A stretch of DNA of 64,000 nt. Source: Felis catus. Taxonomy: Eukaryota. Made by a program: the position numbers and the translations under genes. Positions 37,903 to 50,310 of this stretch are shown here, one piece after another; the first letter of the stretch is position 1; every line of letters starts with the position of its first letter. The notes under the pieces are model-generated. The model was not told the origin of the DNA and did not search any database. It saw nothing but the letters and a program-made list of their open reading frames with translations. The stretch lies in assembly GCF_018350175.1 (NCBI RefSeq), contig NC_058368.1, positions 1,054,001-1,118,000 of the forward strand, written 5' to 3'.

Positions 37903-38130
37903 TATATTAGTCTTCTAGGGCTGCCATAACAAAATGCCAGACTAGAGGGCTCAAACAAATTTCTTTTGTCATAGTTCTGGAGTCAGTTCTGGAGTCTAGG
38001 AGTTCAAGTATCAAACTTGAACCCCCCCCCCCCCCCCCCCCCCCGCCTCTTGCTCACTTGTGCCCTCTCGTTCTTTAAAAAAAAAAAAAAAAAGATGAAT
38101 TTTGGGGGAACACAATTCAAACCTCAACAA
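37903..38130 (-). mobile_element. Internally deleted MLT1A/B-like LTR with a SINE 3' fragment in the middle
   Basis: Both MLT1 ends present (tagggctgccataacaaaatgccagact; atgaattttgggggaacacaattcaa), separated by poly-C, a SINE tail and poly-A. Confidence 0.7.
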
Positions 38131-39149
38131 TATTGAAAATAAAAGAAGTACACAAAACCTATTACTTCCTAATTAGTTTAATGTATTTTAATATTATTTG
38201 TATTCTTAAGGTTATTTGTGTCTTATGTTTATACAATGGACATTTTACAAATAATGGTGTGCTTCTGTGTGTCTCTTTCCAGTTTCATGTTTGGTTTTAT
38301 TTTGTAGCTGAAATTAGCCATAGTGGGAGTGTTTTCATGACAAATGTTGCCGATTATGGGGTCTCCCTTAATCTAAGAGCTAGTGGTTAACCATGTCCCA
38401 GACAGCACTGGGCTATATAATAGTTTATTTGATCACTTTGCTATTGGATGGTCTTCAGGTTATTTCTGGTACTTTGCTATTATAAATAGCAGGTGGTGAA
38501 TAACCTGATGTATTTTCTCTGTATTCGTGGAGGTATGGTTTTAGGGTAGACTCTTAGAAGCTGGCTGCTTGCCAAAGGAGTGCATATGTTAGTTAGTTGG
38601 ACATGTTAAATCCCCTTCTGTTGTAATTGTGCCAGTTTGTATCTCTCTTAGTAGTGTTGAGTGCCTGTGTCTCCACTCCCTCTCCAACAGAGTATTAACA
38701 CATAGTTTTGATTGGGAAAGATGGTATGTTGATATAGTTTTAATTCATATTCCTTTTATTAGGAATGATGAGCACTTTTTCATATTTCAGAGCTACTTGT
38801 CTTTCCTTTTCTGTGAACTGTTTATCTTTTACACATTTTTTCTTTGGGTTTTGATCTTCTCCGTTTTTTCCATTAAATTGAACATTTATTTTAATGAGCA
38901 AAATGCATTTGTAGTTTGTTTACAAACAATTGCCCCTACCATGTTGCAAGTATTGTCCTAGTTGCTGGAAATAGTATAGTGGAAAGTAAACATAGATCCT
39001 GCTTTCATAGGATTTTCATTGAGGTGGCATACTTCAAATTCATTAGTGTAAGGATCAGACTAATTATAATCTTCCAAGACCTCACTGTCATGTTTGATGT
39101 TGATGATTATGTTGCATTTATTATCTTTATTATACATGGAAGGTTTGGT

Positions 39150-39310
39150 TAAGAGTGCTAGCTTTAGTTAGTTGGCGTGTGTTAAAATCCTGGCCCCACC
39201 AGTCATCTATGTCCTGGGCAAATTATTTAACCTCCTTTGTGTCTTGCCTCATTTCACCATGTGTAAAGTTGTGGAAGTAGCAATCCCTGTCGCATAGTGT
39301 TATTAAAACG
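39150..39310 (+). mobile_element. MIR
   Basis: aaatcctggccccacc...tcctgggcaaattatttaacctc...tgtaaagt MIR core. Confidence 0.65.
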
Positions 39311-39573
39311 TGAAATCTGAGCCTCCTTGATTTTTAAGATCCTACTTCAAGAAACTGAACGTTACCAATTCAGCCCCTTTGTGTCCTCTCCCAGTGACTT
39401 TCCCCTTCTACCTCTTTAAAGATAACCACTGTCTTTGACTTCTAACATGGTTTGACTTTTTATAAAGTTTATTAAGTAATGATATCCTACCATGTTATAA
39501 ATAACTGTGTTTGGATGCTTATAAAAATTTTTGCCGTGTAAAATTTTTATTTTTTTAATTTGGTTTTAAGAAT

Positions 39574-39742
39574 CTTTTTTTAAAGTTTATTTATTTATTT
39601 TGAGAGAGATAGAGAGTGAGCAGGGAGGGGCAGAGTGAGAGGGAGAGAGAAAATCCCAAGCAGGCCCCACTCATCCTGGAGCCCCAACTTGGGGCTCAAT
39701 CTCAACGATTGTGAGATCATGACCTGAGCCACCCAGACACCC
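39574..39742 (-). mobile_element. Can-SINE with internal deletion in the head
   Basis: gagatcatgacctgagcc joined directly to acccagacaccc. Confidence 0.85.
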
Positions 39743-42700
39743 GTAATGTAAAATTTTTAATTATTTTCAAATTTAACAGTTTTTTTTTCTTTTTATTGTT
39801 TCAGGATTTTGTTTCACATACTTTCCTTACTCCCAGACTATAAAGGAATGCTTTTCTTATTTTCTTTCTAATGTTTGCAAGCCTTCATTTTAATATTTAA
39901 ATCTTTAATGCATGTAAGGGAATTTATTCTGGTATATTGTTAAATTATGGGTCAAATATTTTTTCCATCCAAAAGACTGTCATTGAGAATCAGCATCTTT
40001 ATGTCAAAATATCCCATTATAGAACAAGGGATTTCATTCTGTTAGATCAGTTCTTATTACACTTACTCATAAATACTTTATCTTTTTGTTACTATTTTAA
40101 ATGAGGTTTTCTCTTCCATTATTGTGTGTGTATATGTACATATATGTAGGTACATATATGTATGCCTACATATATTTTTAAATTGATTTTAAATAGCTGC
40201 TGTCTAACTAAATCATCATTATTGGTTGATTTTCTTGGATTTTTGACTAAGTCATCGTATCATCTGCAAGTAGAGAAAGTTTAGATCTTCCTTTACATTT
40301 CTTGTTCCCATTATTATTTTGTCTTGCATAATGGCTTTCCTAATAACTCCAGTAGAGTTATAAAGAGTGGAAGTATCTTTTTGTTTTTCCAGTGGGAATG
40401 CCTTTGGTATTTCCTCATTAAATTATTTGGCTTTAGGGTTGAGGTCAATATATATTAAATATATTAAAGAAGTACCCACTGATTTTTGTTTTATTAAGTA
40501 TTTCACCAAAAATGAATGTTGAGTTTTGAAGGTTTTCAGTGTCTATGGAAGTGTTATGTGATTTCTTCCCTCCTTTAAATCTATTAATATGTGACTTTTT
40601 GTAATGAATTTCCTAAACCATGTAACCATTCTTGCATTGCTAGAATAAGCCATACCAGGTCATTGTTATATTTTAAATGTTTAGTTGGAACTGTTAATAT
40701 TTTATTTAGTATTTTCCCATTAGTATTCATAAGTGACATCATGTTTAATTTTTGGGGGGATGCATTCTTTTAAGATATCAATAGGATATTTATTTTAAAA
40801 AATGCTTGAGTAAAATTCAAATCCATACATGCTTAAAACAATAAAAATGAAAATAAATGAATTAAATATTCAACTCAAAAAGTTGTAAAAAGAACAAACT
40901 AAAAGGAGAAGAAAGAAATAAAGGTAAAAGTAGAAATTAATGAGTTAAGAAATAAAAACAGTACCAAAATAATTCAGAATACTGCTTCTATGATAAATCA
41001 GGTCTGTGAAAAACTAGACCAACTGATCATCAATCTAATCAGGAAAAGAGGCTTAAAAAATGGGTAATTTCACAAAAATAAGTGACAAGGTAGACTGAAG
41101 CATCAAAACAGAGGAAGTTGAAGAAAATCAATTATAAGGGACTACTTTGTGTGCAGCTTTATATAAAAATACTGACAACCCAGACTGAGTAATTTTCTGT
41201 GAAAATAATTTTTTTGTGTGTGTGAAAATCTAATTTACCTAAATTGACTCCAGATGATACAGTAAAGCAGAGAATCTCCCTAGAAGAAATAGAGATAGTT
41301 ATCCGTGAACTAACCCACAAGGAGAAACAGACTCAGATGGTTTCATAGGAAAATTCCATCAGATTTAAACTAGGTAATCTGAGTGCTATTTTAAATCATT
41401 CCAGAGCATAAAAAAGGTGTAAAATAACTTGAAAAATTTTTAAAAATTGTGATAAATATATATAACCGAATTTCCAATTGTTCTGAAACATTTTTAAGTA
41501 TACAGTTTAGTGGCATTAATTGCATTCATAATGTGCAACCATTGCCTCTATTTTCAAAACTTTGCAATGACCCAAACAGAAACTGACAAACCAGTAACTC
41601 CTCATTTTCTCCTACCTCCCTGATCCCTGATAATCTCTAATCTTCTTTGTGTCTTTATGAATTTTCCTATTCTAGATATTTCATATACTTGAAATCATAC
41701 ATTACTTTGTCCTTTTGTGTCTGGTTTATTTCACTTAAACATTTGTTTTTTATTATAATCATCTCAGTAGGTGTGGGGTGGTATCTCCAGTTCTCATTTG
41801 CATTTCTGTGATTACTAATGCTGTAGAGCATATTTCCATGTGCTTATGGACAATTTGTGTATCTTTGAAAGTATTGAAGTCCTTTGCCCGTTTTGATTGA
41901 ATTGCATTGTTTTTCCTTTTATTTTTCAATTGTAGTAGTTTTTTATATGTTCTGAATATTAATCCCTTATTTGACATATGGTTGCAGATGTCGTCTCCTG
42001 TGTGTTGCCTTTCTGCTTTTTTGATAATGTCATCTAAATGTACAAAAATTTTGATGTTAATAAAGTCCAGTTAACCTCTTTTTTCCTTGTTGATTATGTT
42101 TTTGGTCCATACCTAAGAATTTGTTTGCAAAATCAAAAGTTAAGATGGTTTATCCCTATGTTTTCTTCAAGACGTTTATGGTTTTAACTCATGTTTAGGT
42201 CTTTGGTCCATTTTGAATTAATTTTTGTTTAGGATATGAGATAGGCATCCAGCTTCTTTCTTTTGTATGTGGAAATACAGTTGTCCCAGCAGCATCATCT
42301 GTTGAAAAGAGTATTGTTTCTCCCATGGAATGGACTTATTATACTTGTGAAATATTAATTGGCCATAGATGAGTAGGTTTATTTCTGGACTCTCATTGGA
42401 TATTCCATTCATCTACGTGTCTGTTCTTATGCAAGAACCACACTATTATGATAACTGTGTAGTAAGTTTTGAAATTAGGAAATGAGTCTTCCAACTTTGT
42501 TGTTCTTTAGAGATTGTTTGGATATTCTAGACTCATTGCAATGTTATGTGAATTGGAGGATTAGCTTTTCCATTTCTCCAGAAAAGGCTATTAGAATTTT
42601 GATAGTGATTGCATTGAACCTGTAGATTGCTTTGGGTACTATTGACATTTCAACGTGTTAAATCTTCCTGGCTGTGGATATGGGTTGTCTTCCTATTTAT

Positions 42701-43505
42701 TTAGACCTTTCTTAATTTCTCTTAGCAGTTTTTTCATAGTTTTCAGTGTACAAGTCTTCCATTTTCTTGGATATATTTATTTCTAGGCATTTTATTTTTA
42801 ACACAATTGTTAATGTAATTGCTTTATTAATTTCCCTTTCAGATTGTACACTGCTAGTGTTTAGAAATACAAGTGATATTTAAGTGTTTATCTTGTACCC
42901 TGCAACTTTGTTGAATTTGTTTTTTAGCTCTAGTAGCTTTATTGTGGATCCCTTGGAATTTTTCCCATCTAGTTATGTCATGTGCAAATAGTAGTAGTTT
43001 TACCTCTTTGTTTCTAATTTGGTTGCCTTTTCTTTCTTTTTCCTAAATGTTTTGGCTAGAACTTTCACTATTTTATTGACTAGAAGAAGTGACGAAATTG
43101 AGCATCCTTGTTTTGCTTCTAATCTTGGAAGAAAAGCCATCTATCTTTGACCATTGAGTCTGATGCTAGTTGTGGGTTGTTCATACATGGCATTTATTAT
43201 GTCACAGTACTTTTCTAATATTCTTAGTTTGTTGAGTGTTTTAGTCATAAAAGTATGTTGGATTTTGTCAAACTTCTTTACCATTTGATTATCATGTGGT
43301 TTTGCCTTCATTATAATCATGTGGTTTGTTACTTTCATTATTTTACGTTGAACCACTCTTTGCATTACTAAGATAAACCCCACTTGACTGTGTTGTATAA
43401 TACTTTCAGTATGCTGCTGAATTTGCTTAACGTTTAACCTCTTAAATTTATATCTAATTTAAGCTGGTAACAACTTAACTGGCATTTAAGAACTCTGCTC
43501 CTGTA

Positions 43506-43694
43506 GGGGCTTCTGGGTGGCACAGTTAAGTGTCTGACTCTTGGTTTCATCTCAGGTCATGATCTTGCAGTTTGTGAGTTTAAGCCCCACGTTGGGCTCT
43601 GAGCTGCCAGTGTGGAGCCTGCTTGGGACTCTCTTCCTCTCTCCTTCCCTCCACCCACCCTCCTTTCTCATAAACTTAAAAAAAAAAAAAAAAA
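43506..43694 (+). mobile_element. Can-SINE
   Basis: TSD gaactctgctcctg. Confidence 0.9.
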
Positions 43695-43885
43695 GGAACT
43701 CTGCTCCTGCTCCTGTATAGCTCCAGCCCCATTTATGTTACAATAAATTACATCTTAAACATTGTTTGCACAATAACAGGTTTACAGTTATGTTTTGTAC
43801 ATTTGTCCTTAAAATCATGTAGGAAGTAAAAAGTGGATTTATAAGCTAAAGTATTCCAGTACTACGTTTTATATTTGCCCATGTA

Positions 43886-44112
43886 GTTTTTTTTTTTTTT
43901 TTAATTTTTTTAACGTTTATTTATTTTTGAGACAGAGAGAGACAGAGCATGAACGGGGGAGGGTCAGAGAGAGGGAGACACAGAATCTGAAACAGGCTCC
44001 AGGCTCCGAGCTGTCAGCACAGAGCCCGACGTGGGGCTCGAACTCACAGACCGCGAGATTATGACCTAAGCCAAAGTCGGCCGCTCAACCGACTGAGCTA
44101 CCCAGGCGCCCC
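43886..44112 (-). mobile_element. Young Can-SINE without visible TSD
   Basis: Near-identical to the copy at 20480-20700. Confidence 0.93.
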
Positions 44113-45657
44113 TGCTAAAGAGTCTTATTTGTTCATTCTGTTACTGTCTAGTTTCCTTTCCATTTCAGCCTAAATCTTTGACTGTCTTTAACAATTCTTT
44201 AGAGTAGGTCTGGTGGTAACAAATTCCCACAGTTTTTTATTTGATATGTCTTTATTTGTCCTTCATGTTTGGATAACAGTTTTGCCGGGTATAATATTTT
44301 TGTTTGAAAGTTTTTTTTCTTTCAGCATTTTATATATGTCCTCTCACTGCCTTTTGGCTTCCATGGTCTCTGATGAGAAATTGGTGGAAAATCTTACTGA
44401 GGTTTCTTTGTACTTGATAAGTAGCTTGTCTCTTGCTACTGAAGATTCTCTGTGTCTTTCAACAGTTTGATTATAATTTGTACTGTTGTGTGTCTTTTTG
44501 AGTTTATCCTACTTATAATTTGTTGTGCTTTTCAGGTTTGTGGATTTCTTTACGATCATCAAATTTATGAAGTTTTCAGCCATTGTTAAAATAAAAATTT
44601 GCTTGTTCTCTCTATTCTTTTAGAGCTGTCATAATGTACATGTTGGTCTGCTTAATTTGTCCTATAGGTTCTTTAGACTTTGTTCACTTTTTTTTTTTTC
44701 ATTTTCTTTCTGTTCTTTAGACTATATTTAATTTCAATTTTGGCCTTAGTACTGCTGGTGAAAGTTTGACTCTGCTAGTTCTCATCTTGACTGGTAGGTG
44801 ACAAGGTACCTTGTTACTTTCTGATAGGTTAAGATGTTCAGGCTCCCTACTTGACCTTTTCTTATGTCACCCTAGCTGGGTTGCTGGCGTGGGGTACCTC
44901 ATTATAGCCAGGCAAAGGTGGAGTCTAGGCTTTCTACTTGTCCTTTCTAGTGTGGGTGGGATTGGTGCCACATTGCTCCTGTGGTGTTTGGATTGAGTGG
45001 AGGGTCTGTTGACTGAAAGTTTTCTGTCCTTCTAGGTTGTAATTCCAGTTGTATTTCTCCTATAGCTGTGTCGTTTCTGTTGCTGGTTTTAAGATTTTTT
45101 TCCTTTGTTTTTATTTTTATCCAAATTTTAATATTATTTAAAATTTTTCAGAAATTTGACTCTGATATATTGTGATTCCTTCAGTTTATCCTTCCTGGGG
45201 TTTGCTTAGCTTCTATCTGTAGGCTTATATCTTCTGCCTAGTTTGCAGTGTTTTCAGACATTTTTTTGAGAACTTTTTCAGCTTTATCCTCTTTTTCCTC
45301 TCCTTCCAGGACTCTAGTGATATGAAAGTTAAATATTTGTTACAGTCTTACAGATCCTTGAGGCTCTGTTCTTTTTTATTTTTTCCATCCAAGCCTGTTT
45401 TCTTTCTATTCAGATTGGATAATTTCTGTATTTTCCTTCACTGCTTCTTTCCTCTTTGTTCTGCTATTGTTTTTTTCTTGTTGTTTACTAATAATTTTTT
45501 TTAGAATGGTTTTAGTGTTACAGAAAAATTAAGAAGATAGTACAGTGTTCTCATGGTAAGGTCTTCTGTTGACACCTTAAATTAGTAAGGTAATATTTGT
45601 TACATTTACTGAACTCGCATTACGGAAAGTCCATAGTTTATTTGGATTTCCTTCAGT

Positions 45658-45864
45658 TAAAAAAAAAAAAAGTTTATTTATTTTTGAGAGAGACAGAGTA
45701 TGAGCAGGGGAGGGGCAGAGAGAGAGGGAGACAGAATCTTGAAGCAAGCTCCAGGCTCTGAGCTGTTAGCACAGAGCCCAGTGCAGGGCTTGAACTCATG
45801 GACCGTGAGATCATGAACTGAGCTGAAGTCGGATGCTTAACTGGCCCACCCATCCAGGTGCCCA
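45658..45864 (-). mobile_element. Can-SINE
   Basis: TSD tggatttcctt. Confidence 0.9.
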
Positions 45865-46404
45865 TGGATTTCCTTAACTTTTATATAATGTCTTTTTTCT
45901 GTTCTAGGATCGTATCTAGAGTACCACATTATACTCAGTAATCATGAAACCTTAGGGTAGTCTTGGTTGTGACATTTTCTCATAGTTTTGTTTTTAATGG
46001 CCTTAACAGTTTTTAGGATTTAGGTATATTGTAAAATGCCTTTCTATTGGAATTTGATGTTTTCTCATCACTAGATTGTAGCTGTAAGTTTTTAGGAGGA
46101 ATGTCACAGATGTGTTTACCTTTTACAGTTTTGACGTTTTCAGCATATCATAAGGGTGCTCCTATCAACATGATTTAAAATGACTGAAGTTGATGTTTAT
46201 CACCTTGCTGCAGTAGCATTTGTCAGGATTCTCCATTGTAAAGCCCGCCTCCTCCCATTTCCATGTTGTATTCTTGAAAATGAAGTCACTGTCTCCTTTA
46301 GGGTGGAGTATACAGTTACTAGGGCTTTTTCTGCATAAGAGATTTGTCTTTTCTCTTACATTTATTACTTTATTCAGTCATTTATTAATATCAGTAGGGA
46401 CTCC

Positions 46405-47081
46405 TGGGTCACATGGCAACAAAAGGCAAAAGAAAAACAATTCAGTTTATTTACAGTTTACAGCCCATTGACAAGTCCTTGAGACAGGCAGAGTGACCTT
46501 CCTCTAGGAATTCAATTGACTCAATATTAATACTTTAGCTTAACATTAGCTTGCCTCCAGGATCCTAGAAGTCTCCTTTAACATGTAAAAATTCCTTTGG
46601 AAGCTTCCTTTTATCTCTACCCCCAAGATGTATGTTAGTAATCATCCTCCAAGCTTATGTCTCCATGATATTTATCTGAAAGGTCTCCTGACTAAGGTTT
46701 TACTAGACCATAGTAAATGACCTTTTCCTAACAACAGCTGGCTACTAGCCCCTCAAGGTTCCAGAAACCTTGCTTCCAAACTTAGAGTCTTATGTTATCC
46801 CTAACTCCCTCCCAGCTTGAAAGTGTATAATCAGCCACTCCTCACAACCCCAGTGCAGCTCTTTCTGCCCTCGGGTCCTATCCCTGTGCTTTAATAAAAC
46901 CAACTTTATAGGGGTGCTTGGGCAGCTCAGTTGGTTAAGCATCTGAACTCTTGATTTTGGCTCAGGTCATGATCTCGTGGTTTGTGAAATTGAGCCCTGT
47001 TTCAGGCTCTAAGCTGACAGAGCGTTGTCTGCTTGGGATTCTTCTCTCCCTCTGTCTTTACTGTTCCCTGTTCCTGCTCTT

Positions 47082-47118
<37 letters not shown>

Positions 47119-47228
47119 ATAAATAAACATTAAAAAAACAAACAAACAGAAACACCCCTTTTGCACCAAAGACACCTCAAGAATTCTTTCTTGACTGTTT
47201 GCTGCTAAACCCCAACGTTATCACATCA
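46405..47228 (+). mobile_element. Solo ERV LTR (carnivore ERV1-like), sense to ZMYM2, interrupted by a SINE
   Basis: TATAA at 46826, ctctttctgccc..gggtcc..AATAAA at 46893, ends in CA at 47228; splits an L1MC-like sequence (gactc|atgggtattt). Confidence 0.72.
46911..47148 (+). mobile_element. Can-SINE inserted in the LTR
   Basis: ggggtgcttgggcagctcag head, 12 nt after the LTR AATAAA. Confidence 0.9.
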
Positions 47229-47508
47229 ATGGGTATTTTATAATTTGGGGCTATAATAAAATACAGGTTTCTTTTGTTAATCAAAATTTTCTAGCTTTGG
47301 CCATTGGGAGCATTTTCACTTGATTCCTATGTTCTTTTGACATATCTTATATATCCATTGATTTTTAAAATGTCTGTTAATAGTTTTTTTCGGTCTAGAA
47401 TTTCCATTTGGTTCTTTATGTCTTCTTTTCTTCTCTTTTGATGAGAATTTCTATTTTTCATTGCTAAATATTTTTATTCTTTATTGAAGCATTTTTATCA
47501 TGGCTGTT

Positions 47509-47688
47509 GGGGCACCTTGGTGGCTCAGTGGGTTGAGTGTCTGACTCCTGATTTCAGCTGATTTCCTGATTTCCTGATTTCCTGATCTTGTGGTTCATAT
47601 GATCAAGCCCTGCATTGGGCTCTGTGCTGACAGCACCGAATCTGCTTGAGATTCTCCCTCTCTCTCTCAAAATAAATATTTAAAAAAT
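47509..47688 (+). mobile_element. Can-SINE with internal (ctgatttc)n tandem expansion
   Basis: Head ggggcaccttggtggctcag; ctgatttc repeated about 4 times at 47548-47586. Confidence 0.85.
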
Positions 47689-48974
47689 CTTTGTCATATA
47701 ATTCTAACATTTCTGTACTTTCTATGTTAGCATCTACTAATTATCCTTTTCCATTTAAATTGTTGTTTTTGTGGTTTTTGGTAGGATTCATGATTGATCG
47801 ATCTATTGATTGATTGATTGATTTTGTTAGAAGCCTGGAAATTTGGGGTATTATGTTGTTATATTCTGGATCTTATTTAAACCTTCTGCTTTAGCTGGCT
47901 TTATTTGACACTGCTGTGGCAGGAGTCTGAAGGCCTCAGTATTGCCAGGTGCAGGTAGAAATCCAGGCTCTCCACTTGGCCTCTGTTGACACCCATGAGG
48001 TGGGAAGAGCTCCTTGTTACCTTGGAGAGGAGGGTAGGAGTTCTGGTTCCCCTCTGGGCTTTGACGGACCCACCCTAACTGGGAGGAGTAGGAATATCTT
48101 CTCACTGCTCCTCACCTAGCCTCTATTGACACCAAATGATCCTATTCTAGTGGGTATAGAAAATACTCTTTATACTGTCGTTAAATAAAATAAAAATTAT
48201 TTTAAAAATGTTTCATCTTTCATTCTATAAAATATCATTTTCATGTTTAATTCATATATTGCATGTTGATAATTTACAAGTAAGCAAATGGAAATCCATG
48301 CATACTGTGTTACTTGATAAAAGGACACAGACATTTTTGGAGAGCCCTACACATGATGCTGTAGTGAATGTCTCTTCCTATAGCCTGGGGAAACTGAAAT
48401 TGAGTGGTGATCTTATCCTTGCCTTCCCCTCCCCTTTTGACCTTTGTCTCTAACATTTTAACTTGGCTACCATTGTTGTTTATGCCCCCCCTTGGTGAAT
48501 TAGTTTCTGGGATATACTGATACAGGTAATTAATAATTTAGATCCTGGCAGCGGAGATTGTATGATACTTACCACTTCTCTTCCAGTATTTTATTTTCCA
48601 TTTTCTTGCATAGTATTTTGATTTTAATGGAAAGCAGGATGCTTTTCAGCAAGGAATAAAGGTGTAAATTCGTATGTGCTGTAAGCTGTCACGTGTTCTG
48701 AAAAGTTTCCAAAACAACCCATTTGCCGATAATGAAAACTGTAACTACATACTTTCCAAATCACTTCATTTAGAATGCTTTGAGGTACCAGAGGCTGTAA
48801 TGAGATCTTACAATACATTGTCGCCTAAGAGAAATAAGTAATTTTTCTTTTTGGCTATGTCAGAATAGAGGCAAGTCAAGTCTAAGGGTCTGTGGATAAT
48901 TTGTTACCTGTTGTTGTATTATTTTATTATCAAATGAGGTTTTTTTCCTATAAAGTCTTAAAATCTTTTTTCAG

Positions 48975-49046
48975 GTAGGTAGCCATCCAAGCTTCCTGAA
49001 GGAGGTTCGAGATCACATGCAGGACTCTTTCTTAATGCAGCCTGAG
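48975..49046 (+). CDS. ZMYM2: ZMYM2 coding exon 5 (72 nt, linker between fingers)
   Basis: ttttttcag|GTAGGT; VGSHPSFLKEVRDHMQDSFLMQPE; donor GAG|gtaagc. Too short for the ORF track; phase 0-0. Confidence 0.93.
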
Positions 49047-49589
49047 GTAAGCAGGAATGTGTCTCTGGTTAAGCCCTTGAGAATTCCCTATACTGCTTTA
49101 CTGTCTTTATTACGTATCTGAAAAATCACGGGCATTTTAAAGTATTATGTTAAAATTTATGAACTTAAAATATGTCAGATGATGATTGTTTTCTTATGTT
49201 ATTCTAGGCAAACTTTATTTCACTAAACTTTACATGTATTTTCTTGTGGTATGCTTGTTTGCTTTTAGGTATTTGTTATGAAAAATTATTTCCAGATAAA
49301 ATTTAGGCACAGTACCTTGTCTACAATAGGCACTTAAATTTAAGGTATAAAAGGCCCTTTTGTGCCTACTTCAAAGATATTACAAACCCTTTATTTCATA
49401 AAAATTTCCAAATTCACATTCCTTAATCCAGATGAATAAGTTGGTGTATAAATTAATATGTGAATGATAAATGTATACAACTAATAGTAACTGTAGTACA
49501 AGGAATTTCATATTGAGATAATGCTGCTATATGATTAATCTGTAGACCTTATTTGAATTTTAAAATATTGATGTCCCTTATGTAAATGA

Positions 49590-50310
49590 AAAACAATTAT
49601 TTCTTGTTTAGGATCAAGTCTAGGATCATAGGCCATTCATTATTTCTCTAAAAATGTGTATCTTTTTCCCTCCCTCTTCTTCTGAGACCCGACTTCCAGA
49701 TATATTAGATTTCCTGCTATTGTTCCATGGTCCGTGTGGCTCTTGTATTTATTGGTTTTCTTTCTTTTTTTTCTTCTTCATTTTGGACAGTGTTTACTGT
49801 GTCTTTAATTTTACTAATCTTTTCTAATCAACTGTGAGTCCCATGTGGTGTGTTTTACATCTTAGCTCTTGTATTTCTCATCTCTGGAAGTTCCATATGG
49901 GTCTTTTTTATATCTTCTTTTTCTTGCCTCATTATGTTCGTGTTTTCCTCTACCGATTTCTTGAATATATCAGCATATTTATCATAGCGCTTTTAACATT
50001 TTGCCTACTATTTTCATAGCTGTCATTTCTAGATCTGTTTCCACAGCTTGATTTTTTTTTTTAATTTCTACATAATGAGTTATTTTCTGTTTTGTGGAAT
50101 GTTTAAAAGCCATTGTTTCATATATTTGGTATAGTTTTCTAGTTTTTAAAAGTGGGAGGTTAAATCCAGCCTCGGATACTCCCATCGTGGCTGGAGTGGA
50201 AGTCCCGTCTGCTTTAATCTGAAGTAGTTCCCTAGTCTTTGTCTTTCATGACATTGACATTTTTGAATCCTGTAGGACATTTCATAGAGTGCCCTCAGTG
50301 TCAAGTAGAT
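49590..50310 (-). mobile_element. Ancient L1 (L1MC/L1ME-like) fragments
   Basis: Motifs aggatcaagtctaggatca and cctagtctttgtctttcatgacattgacatttttgaa typical of old L1 3' ends. Confidence 0.5.

Larger units (their letters stand above)
38140..41420. mobile_element. Ancient L1ME-like element: antisense to about 40780, then a sense ORF2 segment about 40800-41420
   Basis: Antisense L1 motifs (tcatatcatctgcaa-like, cattcttgcattgctagaataagc) switch abruptly to A-rich sense ORF2-like sequence; interrupted by MIR/L2/SINE. Confidence 0.65.
41430..48140 (-). mobile_element. Block of nested old L1 fragments (L1MB/L1MC/L1MD-like) with LTR and SINE insertions
   Basis: Minus-strand ORFs 41759-41977, 42218-42412 (IYGQLIF..K..QYSFQQ) and 43141-43383 (KFDKIQHTFMTKTLNKL) are L1 ORF2 remnants. 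Confidence 0.82.

Noticed and set aside
40123..40175. Inverted repeat atatatgtagg / cctacatatat
   Set aside because: Embedded in low-complexity (TA/TG) sequence, where such symmetry is expected.
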